A DNA stretch of 63,302 nt, counting the filler, from Octopus bimaculoides (taxonomy: Eukaryota): assembly GCF_001194135.2 (NCBI RefSeq). It is 10 parts of 9 records of this genome, joined end to end, with 100 filler letters (N's around TTAATTAATTAA, not from the genome) between each part and the next. Parts side by side here need not be neighbours in the genome. Positions count along the whole stretch, not along the records: positions 1 to 28,636 come from NC_068994.1; 9 more parts are not named here. One strand, written 5' to 3'. The translations under genes and the position numbers were made by a program. The notes beneath the pieces are model-generated. The model was not told the origin of the DNA and ran no database searches. It saw nothing but the letters and a program-made list of their open reading frames with translations. Positions 1-12,295 of this stretch are shown piece after piece (within the stretch, counting starts at the first letter, position 1; every line of letters starts with the position of its first letter).

Positions 1-360
1 ACAAAATGAGACCATCGATCATGTTGTCTCCATGTGCAGTCTGCTTGCGCCTACAGAGTATCTCAACAGGCATGATAGAGCTGCACAATATATTCACTGG
101 GTAATATGCAAAAACCTGGACTTGCCCCATGATAAAAACTGGTGGGAACACAAACCATCCCCAGTACTTGAAAATGATCACATTGCACTCCTCTGGAACT
201 TCACCATTCAAACTGACAGAAAGATAGACGCAAATAGGCCAGACATCATACTGAAAGACTTCAGACAAAAATCATGCCTCCTCATTGATATGACTGTCCC
301 AATCGATATAAACGTATCTGTCAAGATAAACGTATCTGTCAAGATAAACGTATCTGTCAA
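1..360 (+). mobile_element. R4/Dong-like non-LTR retrotransposon fragment (CCHC knuckle and restriction-like endonuclease region), 3'-truncated
   Basis: Translation ETIDHVVSMCSLLAPTEYLNRHDRAAQYIHW...IQTDRKIDANRPDIILKD...IDMTVP matches the RLE-clade H-x3-C, RHD and PD..D motifs. It breaks off at an 18-bp triplication. Confidence 0.85.
308..360 (+). repeat. 18-bp tandem triplication (ATAAACGTATCTGTCAAG x3) at the truncation point
   Basis: Units at 308-325, 326-343 and 344-360 (last one lacks the final G); in frame (INVSVK x3). Confidence 0.95.
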
Positions 361-399
361 TGTTTCGGCTGATATACCCTCCAGCCTTCATCAGGTGCC
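355..399 (-). ncRNA. Minimal type I hammerhead ribozyme motif (Penelope-type), stem I broken at the junction
   Basis: Minus strand reads GGCAC-CUGAUGA-A-GGCUG-(10 nt)-CAGCC-GAA-ACAU-U. The core and 5-bp stem II are intact; ACAU is interpreted as CpG-decayed palindromic ACGU. Confidence 0.7.
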
Positions 400-474
400 T
401 TGGGGATATTTTGAACCTGGGTTCTCATTCCTAAGGTATTTTTCAATGTTATTATTATTTTTATTATTCAGGTC

Positions 475-556
475 ACTGCCTGGAATCAAACTTGGAATCT
501 TGAGGTTAAGAGCGCGGGCTACTAACCCCAAGATTCTGAGTTCGATTCCAGGCAGT
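475..556. repeat. Fold-back of a tRNA-derived SINE head: 34-bp arms, 14-nt loop
   Basis: 475-508 is the reverse complement of 523-556 with 4 mismatches. The right part carries a tRNA-like B box (GAGTTCGATTC). Confidence 0.85.
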
Positions 557-1263
557 AGAATCAAATGTAAATAATGTACATAATTCCTCATCTCTTAAGT
601 ATAGAACTAGAATATTATATACATTTTGCCAATACATTACCTCTCTATACATTCTAGCAAGCTATTCCCCACTCAATACATTCTCCCAATACATCACCTA
701 CTCTATAGAGACAACAAGAATGATTTGTAAGTTTGACATAAGGTAGGATACATCAATTTAAATCAATCTCATTTTATTAATTCCTAAAGAATAAAAGACA
801 AAGTCAACATGACAGGATTTAAACTTGGTGTCTTCCTTGACATGAGTTTGAGTAAGACCAACAAAGGAATACTACCCTCACATCTAAAATCCATGATTGA
901 TCTTGGTAGAGTTTGAGCTCAGAACAGTCACTTTATAGCACAACCAAATTAGCCTAGTATTTAACTGGTACTTATTGTATCACTACTAAGAGAGACAAGA
1001 GATGAACAGCATGAATACACAGGCATGTAACTAAATCTTGGAAGGCAAATTAATCTTTCATTCAAAGATGAACCAGTCCCTCCTCCTCAGAACATCATCC
1101 CATTCTGGAATTTCTTCTCTGCCCGTGTTTAACTTATTACTATTCAAGAAGAACATTAACCACATTGAATCTTACTAATCTGAGGTATTCCAAAGGCTAT
1201 GGGCAAAGCATCTCTCTCCAGACCAAAGCAATAAAACAATTAAAACAAAACAAGTTAGGCTTC

Positions 1264-1700
1264 TATATTTGTTTTGCAAGATTTTTGATGTGAAATCATG
1301 TGTTGAAACAAATATTGTAGTATTTGGGGATGGTCATATTGCCAGTTTAGCCAATAAAAACACACGCACTGTATATTTGGTGTTAATTTGCTTCAGCTTT
1401 ATACTACATTACATTACATTAATCATATTTCGGCCAGAGTTCTTTCGTCTTATATGTGTGTCCCTCCTTGCTAACGATCAGCCATTTGGCTGATCGTTAG
1501 CAAGGAGGGACACACATATAAGAAAGAAGAAAGCAAAGGACCACTGATGAGGTCACAGAAGTGTGACGAAAGAACTCTGGCCGAAATATGATTAATGTAA
1601 TGTAATGAAATATAAAGCTGAAGTAAATTAACACCAAATATACAGTGTGTGTGTTTTTATTGGCTAAAGTGGCAATATGACCATCCTCAAATACAACAAT
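1264..1700. mobile_element. Palindromic insertion, probably a Penelope-like pseudo-LTR fold-back, flanked by a 12-bp direct repeat
   Basis: Inner arms 1448-1484/1487-1523 (37 bp, perfect); outer arms 1313-1449/1565-1701 (137 bp, few mismatches); AAGTTAGGCTTC at 1252-1263 and 1701-1712. Confidence 0.8.
1538..1582 (+). ncRNA. Minimal type I hammerhead ribozyme motif
   Basis: GGACCA-CUGAUGA-G-GUCAC-AGAAGU-GUGAC-GAA-AGAACU-C-UGGCC: intact core, 5-bp stem II, near-palindromic stem III, stem I with one bulge. Confidence 0.7.
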
Positions 1701-2159
1701 AAGTTAGGCTTCATTATACTAATATCAACAACAATAACATGAACAACAATAGCAACTGGTGCAATGACAACAAGCATGATGTAGTATTAACCAGACATAA
1801 CAACAGCAACTGAAGCATGCAAAAATATTGATTTCCAAAGGATCAACCTCCAGAAAGTAGAAGTCAGAAGTTTTTGAAATCATCCATCAGTAGCAGAAGT
1901 TAGTGAAATATGAAATGAGAGTACCTGAGGATGCACAGGCATGGTCAAAAGTGAATTCACAATTAAGTAGGGTTTTAATTATATTGTGCAACATAAATTA
2001 TACACACACATGTATAGCCTCTTAATTTGACAGACAGAGCACAGAAGGGTTAGTGAGAGAGACGGAGAGAGAGACGGAGAGAGAGACAGCAGGTACTCTG
2101 TGGTGTAATAACTGATGCTATGTGATGTGTAAGTATGCATGCACACACACACACGTGTA

Positions 2160-2602
2160 TAGGTCATCGTCAACTTACGACCTATCTGACTTACAACCGA
2201 TCGACTTTACGATGATTGGCATGCCAGCTCCCTGCAGCAATAATAAATAGTCCAGTTGAAACCTAATGGGTTTCATTTCTTAGAAATTAACCCCTCTGTG
2301 GATGATGTCAGCTAACAAACGTTTCCCCTAGGTTTTGGTTATCAATCGCCACTGTGTTGGATGTCTATCCTGTCACGAAGACATCAAGGCAACCTCATAT
2401 TTATTTATAAGACGACTGCTTGACACTCCGAAATTTGTGACTAACGCCAGTATAATAGTATAACACAGAATACTGTGTGTGACTTATACCTGAGAATGTA
2501 CCTTAAGAATGTAAAAATATAAAACAGAGCTATGTAGGTCTATAGGCCGACTTATGACCAGTCAGTCGGAATTGATTGTGGTCGTAAGTCGACAACAACC
2601 TG
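2160..2602. mobile_element. pogo/Tigger-like MITE (443 bp)
   Basis: 23-bp imperfect TIRs (TAGGTCATCGTCAACTTACGACC versus rc CAGGTTGTTGTCGACTTACGACC), TA on both flanks, no ORF. Confidence 0.75.
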
Positions 2603-3211
2603 TATATCTTTTCTTTTTTTATCCATTAGAATAGAATTTTCCTACAAGCAAGAAATTAGTTTCTAACAGCAGCAAAATTTCTTTGCTGCAACTTAGGTAA
2701 CAACAATAAAGATTTGAATAGTGAACTTTACATTAGTTAGATCTGTTCTGATTTGATGAAAGTTGTGATGGCAATGTTTTACCAAGATTTCTCCAGTTGA
2801 AACATAGGTATCCAATAACAGAAGCATTGTCTATGTTTAATACAGGTTGTTTTTCCTATGGATAGCATTTATATTGCTTAAGCAAGAACATCATGCCACA
2901 ATAAAAAGTAGTATGTTGATGGCATTTTGAGACACCTGTTGATCATGTGTGTAATATCTTCCACAGAACTGAGATATAATCAACATTTTGAGGCTTGTCT
3001 TATGAGTTTAAAGGCTTCATTTTCTCTTTTGCTCATTTGACATTTTAAAGCTATTTCCCACTCATGGATAACAAAAGCCTGACTGTACTGTGGATGCAAT
3101 GGTTATAAGTCTAAGAGAGGTTACAAATCTTGTAAATGTTAGCATCATTCTCAAGTTTATAAAAAACATACCAATGAATATCTGCTGTATGAATGTGTTT
3201 GTAATTTTGTA

Positions 3212-4307
3212 TTAGGTTGTCCAGAAAGTTCTGAGTGTTTTTAAGCAAGCAGAAAATGTTGCAAAGACTTGCAAAAACATGTGTAAAGTTTATGGTGATG
3301 ATGCTGTAGGTGAATCAACTGTTTGAAGGTGGTTTGCAAAATTTGAAGCTAGAGAGTTTAGCTTAGAAGATGACAGTCACAGTGGAAGACCTTCAAAATT
3401 GGATAAAGATGTTTTGAAGGCAAAAATTGAAGAAAACTCAAATATCCTGATTGGAGAACTTGCAGAGGAGCTGGAAGTTTCTAAAAGTATGGCTCATGAA
3501 CACTTAGTGAAGCTAGGATACATTTCTCACTATAATGTATAGGTCCCTCATAAACTCTCAGAAAAGAATTGCTTAGACCGGTATTCCATTTGTGATATGC
3601 TTTTGAAACAGAATGACAGCATGCCTTTTTTGTAACAACTTGTGACTGGAGATGAAAAATGGATTGTGTACAAATACATAGTGCAAAAAAAATCCTGGAG
3701 TTTGCGTAAGGATCCCCCAAAACAGCAACCAAAGATGAATATCCATGCCAAAAAAAGCTATGCTTTGTGTTTGGTGGGATCATAAAAGCATTATTTATTA
3801 TGAGTTTCTCCCACAAAACCAGACCATTAATTCTGATGTGTACTGTCATCAGCTGGCTAATTTGAACTAAAAAAAAATCGAAGAATTGAGGCCAGAGATT
3901 GCCAACAGAAAGGAGTAGTATTCCAACAAGACAATGCCTGACCACATGTATCTTTGACTACCTGAACATAGTTACATGAACTTGGCTGGGATCTCTTATC
4001 CCATCCACCATATTCTCCTGATATTGCACCATCCAGCTACCACTTGTTTTTGTCTCTACAGAATTCATTGCAATGAAAAACATTTAACGATTTAGATGAA
4101 GTGAAAATGCATCTAGATAACTTTTTGTCTTCAGAACCAGTCAAATTTGATGAAATATTTAATGGAATATTTAAATTGCCTGATAGATAGGCAAAGGTCA
4201 TTAATAATAATGAAAATTATTTCATTGAATAAAGTTTATTGAAAGGTCAATTATTTACATCCTTTTTGGCAAATTAAAAAATGCTCAGAACTTTCTAGAC
4301 AACCTAA
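3212..4307 (+). mobile_element. Degenerate mariner (DD34D-type) transposon
   Basis: ~31-bp TIRs TTAGGTTGTC(C/T)AGAAAGTTCTGAG with TA flanks. Interrupted transposase shows (W)VPHKL, VTGDEKWI, FQQDNA and YSPDIAPS motifs. Confidence 0.92.
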
Positions 4308-4809
4308 TATGCATTTGTGTGTGTTGACTGGGAGGAGGGAGGCAATATGCTTGCATGTATGCAAGTATTAATGTATGTATGAGTAGATTTCAAATCTGTA
4401 ATCAAGTGTCCTGGCACAGCTACTTCAGTAAAACTACTCAATCTAAATGATAATGGTGATAATAAAAAATGTACTCTTATTATTCATGTAAGTTTCAAAT
4501 GTGTTTTGAAGTTATAAGTAGATGTGTATAGGGGCAGGTAGGGTGTCAAACAGATGTTGTGGCCTGTATATCTTTCCAAACACCAATAACAACATTAAAT
4601 ATAAAACAACTTGAAAGTCTCCTGTTATTTTTTAGAGGTTGGGTAGAGAAAACAGCTTTTCCAATTAAAAGATCCAGCATGAGGCCTGAAATGTTTAATG
4701 GGTAGTTGTAAGGTTCATGCTTTTCTAAACAACATCAAAATAAAAACAGTGCTTGCCTATAATACAAAAGTGAAGAGATGGCAGATTCTGTGTGTTATTA
4801 TTATTAATA

Positions 4810-4985
4810 TCATCATCATCATTTAACATCTGCTTTCCATGCTGGCATGGATTAAATGGTTTGACAGGAACTGCACCAGGCTCCATAGTTTGTTTTAGCA
4901 TGATTTCTACAGTTGGATGCGCTTCCTAACACCAACCACATTACATAGTGTGCTAGATGCTTTTTATGTGGCACCAACACCAGTG
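4810..4985 (-). mobile_element. RTE-type 3' tail fragment with (GAT)n terminus
   Basis: Reverse complement of the ...GGAAG(G)GCATCCA...CATGCCAGCATGGAAAGCAGATGTTAAATGATGATG end shared with the long RTE copies. Confidence 0.7.
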
Positions 4986-5745
4986 CTTTTTACATGACAC
5001 CAGCTCCAACAAGGTCACAAAGCAGCTTGCAAGACAAAACTCTTCAGGTGAAATGAAAGTGGGGAGTATAATTCAGGAAGAGTGGTTCATGCCAGTTGAG
5101 AAATTAAAGGTAAAGAGGGACAAAGTTAGGTGTCTTGCTGTAGAACAGATACATGGATACACCAGTTGAAAGAGAAAAGCAAGCAAGTTAGATAAAGAGA
5201 TTAGGTAAGTGAGACAGTAAAATAAAGAGAGCAGCAGTGAGAGAGATAGTGGCAAAGATGTGTCAAAACATACCCTCAGGGGACATTGGCAGTGGTGAGA
5301 AGTGAGATGAGATAGGTTTGAACTGGGTAAGTGGGCAGGAAAGAGGTGACTGTAGCAAATAATGGAGTGAAATATAGAAAAGGCTTGGAGGTGGGGGCTG
5401 CAGTAGATGTGTGATGGTATTGAGGGTGATAGCAGGTAATGGTGTGTTAATGATGGAGAATAACACAAAGGTAAGAAGGCACAGGGAAAGATGCTGATTG
5501 GTGATAACAGTAGGCGGTGGAAGATAATGGAAGTGGTTTGCAACAGGAAGGGGCATGGAAGGTAACTGGGAAAGCAGAACGATGTAGTATGTACCTACTC
5601 TGCTCTTAGGTGATAGGGAAGTGGTGGCTGTTAGGGGGAAAAATAAACAGATCAGAAAGGATGGAGGTGGGGATGGGGGCAGAGCCCCTCATAAACATGC
5701 ATTACCAAGGTGGTTTTAGAGTATCAATCCTGCTGAGATGGATGG

Positions 5746-5750
<5 letters not shown>

Positions 5751-5787
<37 letters not shown>
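5751..5787. repeat. (CA)n microsatellite
   Basis: Direct reading. Confidence 0.95.
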
Positions 5788-5790
<3 letters not shown>

Positions 5791-6939
5791 GACAAAGAGA
5801 ATTGTGTAAATAGAAGGGAGATAGAAAAATCAATCTAAAACAATAAAAATACTGAACTTTTAATAAAGCAGCTGTAATAGTTGTATTGGTAGTAGAGGTC
5901 ATAGTAGTAATAGTAGAAAACATGAACAATGACAAGCAAAAGTATTTTGTTTTTTGTTTTAACAAACAACAACAGAGCTAAACCAAACATATTGATCATA
6001 CCAACTTCTCATCTTTTTCACTCATTGATTGCTGTTGAAGGGAGATGAAAAAAAAAAATGGAAAATATAGCAGCATGTTGCAGGCTTTGAAACAGAAGGA
6101 AGTAGTCAAAATATAGAAGTAAAACAATTATATCATTCACATCAAGATGGAATCTTTGTAATCATTTAAAACGTACACACTTAAATTCAATTTTACTTTA
6201 GTATTGTTATTTTGTCCACCACATGCCTTTCTATGCTTGCATTGGTTGGACAAATAACATACTAACTTTGGTTGCAGCAATCCCAAGGGATTTTAACAAG
6301 TCTTGTGTATCACAGAGCTGGTATGCTATGAGGACAAGGTCAGTATAGTCAAGTTTAGAGACACATGCTCTGTTGCTGTCTTGACAGTTTCTACTTGATA
6401 ATGCGATCTTGGCCTACATCTTGAAGCAAAGTCTTGATCCACCACCCCTCCTTACATCTACACATATATTGTTCATGGTTGTCCAATGTCTATTTTTCCA
6501 CGGAGGCTTATTTGAGGTCGCATTTTATGACTGGATGCCCTTCCTGTCATAAACCTTTACCTGTTTTTCAAGGGAATTTTTATTACATTAGTCTTTGAAA
6601 AGTATTGAGTGAATGGCTATAATGTCATACTTAGACAGGAATTTTTGGCATAGTTTCTATATTTGGATGCCCTTGTCACTAATCACTTTGCAACATGGAC
6701 AGAGTGTATTTTGGTGTGCCACCTGCCTAGTGAGGTTGTTTCATATATGAAGAAATTAGAGTCTTCCTTATCTTTTGTGATCTCTTATTTCTAGATATAT
6801 GGCTTGATATACAACTTCCCTGTCCCTTCCATTAATTCTTTCAATTTTGACATGCCATTAATCATGCCATCTGCCAAAATTGAAGTGTAGCTTCAACACT
6901 GTATAACCTAAATTATTGATGGGGGAGATGGTGGGCTCC

Positions 6940-7685
6940 CAAGCTCTAATTCTCAAAAATTTCATCTCGCTTGTCTAAAACGTTGCTAGCTACATTAAGC
7001 AAACCTAGTGAATTTTTGTGTCTTTGTTCATTCCGTTTGGTTACTTGCTTTATTTTATTTTGCACATATTATATCTAAATCCTCACTTTTTCCCATGATA
7101 TATGTTAAATAGTAGCTTTTGCTTTGTTTGCTTGGATATTTTATGGCATTTATCTGGGGAATGGAGCAGCTATGCTGTTTGGTCATTTGCTGTCTTGACT
7201 TCAGCATGAGGGTATTACTTCCACTCCCAGTAAATCAGCTCCCTCAAGGTCTTATTCCTTATATTTGCAATACTTGGCATAAAAAGCAGATGTGTTATGA
7301 AGAAGAAATGTTCAGATAAGCAACCTTGTTTACACTATCTAGCACTTCAAACCTCACTTTATATCACTTATATTATTTATCTATTTATTTATAAAGCTTT
7401 GTTTATTTCCATGTTTCTTATTTCCTGTAGCTTTAATTCTCAAAAATTTCATCTCACTTGTATTATGTCTAAAACCTCACTAGCTACATTAAGCAAACCT
7501 AGTGAATTATCGTCTCTTTGTTCGTTCTGTTTCATTATTCACTTTATTTTATCTTGTTCATATTATGTCTAAATCCTTGCGTTTTCCATGCTATATGTTA
7601 AATAGTAGCTTTCGTTTTATTTGTCTGGATATTTTATAGCACTGTTATCTAGGGAATAGGGCAACCAGGCTGTTTGGTTATTCAT
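6940..7685 (+). repeat. Two copies (~6940-7170 and ~7428-7685) of an unclassified AT-rich repeat unit
   Basis: Shared CTCAAAAATTTCATCTC...TATATGTTAAATAGTAGCTTT...GGATATTTTAT; inverted copies at ~17340-18300. Confidence 0.7.
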
Positions 7686-7724
7686 GGTGTACCTGCCCAA
7701 TCCAACTCCTCTATCTGTATTAGA

Positions 7725-9985
7725 AGTAATTCTCTTCCACCTGTATAGCATCTGGGTGGTTTTCATGGTGTACATGGTAGCAACGGTTTTGGTTCCCATA
7801 ATGAGGAGGGAAACAGGCTACTGGAGTTCTGTGATGCAAGTGATCTTATGATCTGCAATAGTAACTTCACAAAAGTTGTCAGTCCTATCAATCTGGTAGG
7901 CACACTAGTCAGATTAACTACATCCTCACCAGAAAATGGGAAAGATAGCTGCTTATAAATGCCAAAAAATTCTCAGGTCAAGAATGCACCCCTCAGCAGA
8001 TGTTAGTCATTAGGGACTTCAGAATCAGGGTTAAAAGGCTGCCCAGAAGACAACCAGTGTGGAAAAGAAAGGGCTGGAAGCTTAAAGATACTTTGACTGA
8101 TCAGGGATTTAGAGATGTGTTACTTGAGACATTTGACGAAAAAGAGGAGGATATAATAATATATAATGTGGAGGACAACTAGAGTTTCCTAGTAGACAAC
8201 CTGCTGAGGGCCACTGACCAAATTTGTGGCTGGTGCAAAGTCCCTTCTGAACCTAAGGTAACATGGCAGTGGAACAGTGTATTTGACAAGGCTGTTAGAG
8301 AAAAGAAACAGGCCAGGAAGGACTGTAAGTGTGGTGGTAGCAGGGAACTGTATCAAATAGCCAGAAGGGAGACTATTTAGTCAGGAGAGAAGCAGAAAAG
8401 AAGTTTGCCAATGTTCTGCGATGTAAAAGACTTGAAGTATTTTGGATTGCAAAACAGAAAGTCCCAGGCCCATCAAGAATAACTTCCAAGATGCTTAAAA
8501 TATCTGGTGGAGTTGGATATGGCCTAGTCATATCCATTGATTGGTGTAGCAGGATTATAGTCAACTATAAACGCAAAGGCAATGACTTAGAAATCATTAC
8601 AGAGGCATCAAATTGCTGGTTTAGGAGATGAAAGTCACAGAAAGAGTCATAGCTCAATTAATTAGGAAGAGAGTTAGCATAGATGAGATGCAGTTCGGAT
8701 TTGTGCCATATGGGAGCATGACTAATGCTATATTCCTGGTTAGGCAACTGCAGGAGAAGTATTTAACCAAAAATAAACCTCTGTACCTGGCTTTTGTTGA
8801 CACGGAGAAAGCCTTTGACAGAGTCCCCTGCTCCCTTATCTGGTGGTCAACGCAAATATTAGGGATAGATGAGTGGTTAGTGGGAATGACACAAGCCATA
8901 TACTGGGATGCTGCCACTAAGGCGAAGGTTGACGAGTACAGCAATGAATTCAGAGTGCAGGTAGGAGTTCATCAAGGCTCAATTCTCAGCCACCTCTTGC
9001 TTATCTTAGTCCTCTAGGCCTTAACAGAGGAATTCAAGACCAGCTGTCCCTGAGAGCTCCTCTATGCTGATGACCTTATTATTATAGCTGAATCACTACC
9101 TGATCTAGAGAAGAAATTTCAGGTGCAGAAACAAGGTCCGTAATCTAAAAGCCTTAGAGCTAATTTAGCAAAAACCAAAGTCCTAGTAAGTAGGAAAACA
9201 GATAAATCACAACTTCCTTCTGGGAGATGGCCCTGCTCGATATGTAAGAAGGGTGTTGGTAGAAACTCCATATGTTGTACTAAGTGTAAGCTTTGGACAC
9301 AAGAGGTGCAGCGGTTTCACAAGTAGGTTAAGGGAGAATATAGTCTTTCTGTGTGGCAAATTTGCAGGTACAACAGGCACTAAAAATGCACAGACAATTG
9401 ACTCCCTCAAATGCTCAGGGGGAACAATAATAGTTAATAGCTTCAGTTACCTAGGAGACCAAGTTAGCAGTTCTGAAAGTATAATTACGAGAATAAGAAT
9501 GGGCTGTTCAAGTTCAAAGAGCTTCTACCTTCGTTGGTAACTAAGGGCCTCTCCCTCAGAGTGAAAAGCAGACTGTATGATGCCTGTGTATGTACAGCTA
9601 TGTTACATGACAGTGAAACATGGGCTTTGGGTACAGACGACTTGCAAAGGCTTGAAACAAATGAAGCTAGCATGCTCCGCTGGATGTGTGCATGCACGAC
9701 AGAGTGTAGATGATTTAAGAGGCATCAGGTATTGTGTGCAAGAGAGAAGACTGTACTGGTTTCGTCATGTGATGTATATGAATGAGGACAGCTGCATAAA
9801 GAAGTGCCCAGCTCTAGTTGTGGAGGGTACCTGTGGAAGGGGTAAACCCAGGAATACATGGGAAGAAGTGGTGAGAAAGGATCCAGCCACAGAAATCATG
9901 CCACAACAGACAATTGGAGTCTGGACAGCTCTGTGTCAAACCGTCAAACCCATGCCAGCATGGAAAGTGAATGTTAAATGATGAT
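7725..9985 (+). mobile_element. RTE-clade LINE, 5'-truncated, internally deleted and frameshifted
   Basis: Fragments GFGSHNEEGNRLLEFC (APE endonuclease end), MQFGF..TNAIFLVRQLQEKY, AFDRVP, YADD, LHDSETW, GRGKPRNTW; ends in a GAT-type tail. Confidence 0.93.
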
Positions 9986-10390
9986 AATGACAGCTGTGGC
10001 TGTGTGGTTGAGAAGTTCCCTTCCCAGCCATGTGGTTTTGTATTTTGTTTCTCAATGCAAAGACTTGAAAATATGAACATCAATGAAGATGAAAACTGCC
10101 AGCCAATTTGTTCCAATAATACCACACAAATCAAGAAAATACCTTACGTTCTATCTTGCTGATAGTAATAAAGACTTCTTTACATGAAGAGCTTCAAAAC
10201 ATCTGACAATCAAGTATTTCAATGTTAACAAGGTTTGCCTTCTTCAGGGCATTCTTTTCTATGGAACTGAAATCTGCACTATAAAGAGAAAACTTCAAAA
10301 ACATCTTGCTGGTATATGCTACAGACTCCTCATGCAAACTCAAAACATGTCATGGTTTGAGCATAAGACCAAAGAAAAGATTTAAGAATA

Positions 10391-11640
10391 CAAGGGGCAT
10401 TCATTAAAGATTTCCCCTGACCCACTTCCCAAGGTCAGAGATAAACAAAACTTGGCATAATTATTAGCTCTTCTCTATATAACCACCACCAATGGTGACA
10501 CACTTTTCCCATCGCTTTATGCAGTTGTGAAGATCTTGTCTGTAGAAGTCAGTAGGTTGCATCTGGAGCTAAGACTTTACCTTTGAAATAAGTGCTTCCC
10601 CTTCAAAAGACTTCATGGTTGGAAAGAGGTGGAAGTCAGATGACGCAAGGTTGGGAGAGTAAGAGGGATGAGGAAGGATTTCATAACCGCAGGAGTGTAC
10701 TTTCATCTGGGCAACATGCGCATTTTGAACTGGGGCATTGCCTTGGAGGAGGCAGACTCCTTTAGTCAGCATGCGATGCTTCTTTACTCTGATTGCATCC
10801 CACAATTTCTGCAACAGGGAAGCATAATATGCTCTGTTAATTGTGGTGCCCTTTGCCAGAAAACCCATCATTGCTACTCCACGCTGGTCCCAAAAGACTG
10901 TGAGCATCACCTTGATTGCTGAGGGTTGGACATGTGCCTCCTTTGAAGGTGGTGAGTCATCATGCTTCCATTGCTTTAACTGGACTTTAGTCTCAGGATT
11001 ATAGTGATGGACTGTGTGATAAGTCTGCTGCAAAAGTCCTCCTCATTTTCTTGGTACATTGCCAGAAGAGCCTGAGAGCAAGTGACTCATTCCTGCTTCT
11101 GAAAAAGTGTGAGCATCTGATGAATCCATCGCGCAGACAACTTCTAAATGTGCAAATGGTTGTGAATGATTTTTTCCATGGACCCTACACTTATCTTCAC
11201 TTCTTGGGCTAGTTGCTGAATAATTATGTGGTGATCCTCCAAAATAGCATTTTCCACTTTATGGATGGTGTCGTCATCAATGGCGGAATGTGGTCATCCA
11301 GGAATAGGAGCAGTTTCCACCGATGTTCAACCACATTTGAACTGGCAATGCTAGTATTTGACTACGTCTTATGATGATGCATTGTCACCAAAAACTTCTC
11401 ACATCTCATCGAAAATCTCTTTTGGTATATGACCTTTCAAGTATAAGAACCTGATCACTGATCTGCATTCAACTGCCTCCATTACAACACCTTAGTCCAC
11501 TTCAGCAGCCATAAAAGACAAATAAATACTAGTGGAAAGCTGCAATTTACAATGTGACATGTATGATTATACCTGTACAAGTTCCATTTCCTGCAATAAC
11601 TGGAAGTGGGCCAGGGGAAATCTTTAATAAACACCCCTTG
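10391..11640 (-). mobile_element. Degenerate mariner transposon (irritans/Hsmar2-like), 1250 bp
   Basis: 39-bp TIRs CAAGGGG(CA/TG)TT(C/T)ATTAAAGATTTCCCCTG(A/G)CCCACTTCC with TA flanks. ORF 10569-11033 shows HHYNPETK..QW, KVMLTVFWD and HPSYSPNLASSDFHLF. Confidence 0.92.
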
Positions 11641-12086
11641 TACATTCCACTCATCTCTAGTATTATTTCTCAATGAAGGACAGGCTATGCTGGCTACAGC
11701 TATCATACTGAACAACAGGCCATATCAGATGTTATATTTTGGAGACTTCTGCACCCTAAGAGAAGTTATTCACCTATTACTATCCATCACACCCTCACCA
11801 CTATTTCCCTAGTGCTGGTGTCATAATAAAATGTATGCCGTACATTCTGGCAAGCGGTTGGTATTAGAAAGAACATCCAGCCACAGGAACCAAACCAAAA
11901 ATGAAGCTTATAAGGTAAGATGAAGTTCTCTGACTGAACAAGCAGAGCAGTGATGACTTATCCAACCCAAACTAGCATGAAAAAAAATGTAAAACAATGG
12001 TGATGCTGATATATATCAATGAATATTGTGTCTCTGTTCTATCAATATACATATGTATACACATTTAACTTCAACTATTCTGTGAG

Positions 12087-12124
<38 letters not shown>

Positions 12125-12126
<2 letters not shown>

Positions 12127-12295
12127 TACACTCTCTGAGTGGTTGGCGTTAGGAAGGGCATCCAGCTGTAGAAACTCTGCCAAATTTAGATTGGAGCCTG
12201 GTGTTGCCATCCGGTTTCACCAGTCCTCAGTCAAGTCGTCCAACCCATGCTAGCATGGAAAGCGGACGTTAAACGATGATGATGATGATGATGAT
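12125..12295 (+). mobile_element. Young RTE 3' tail fragment with (GAT)n, between (TA)n tracts
   Basis: GGTTGGCGTTAGGAAGGGCATCCAGCTGTAG...CCATGCTAGCATGGAAAGCGGACGTTAAACGATGATGAT. Confidence 0.8.

Noticed and set aside
10201-10252. Hammerhead-like CUGAAGA-A-GGC...GAAA on the minus strand
   Set aside because: Stem II and stem I do not pair, and the + strand reads as an old LINE RT C-terminus (LFYGTEI...), so it is coincidental.
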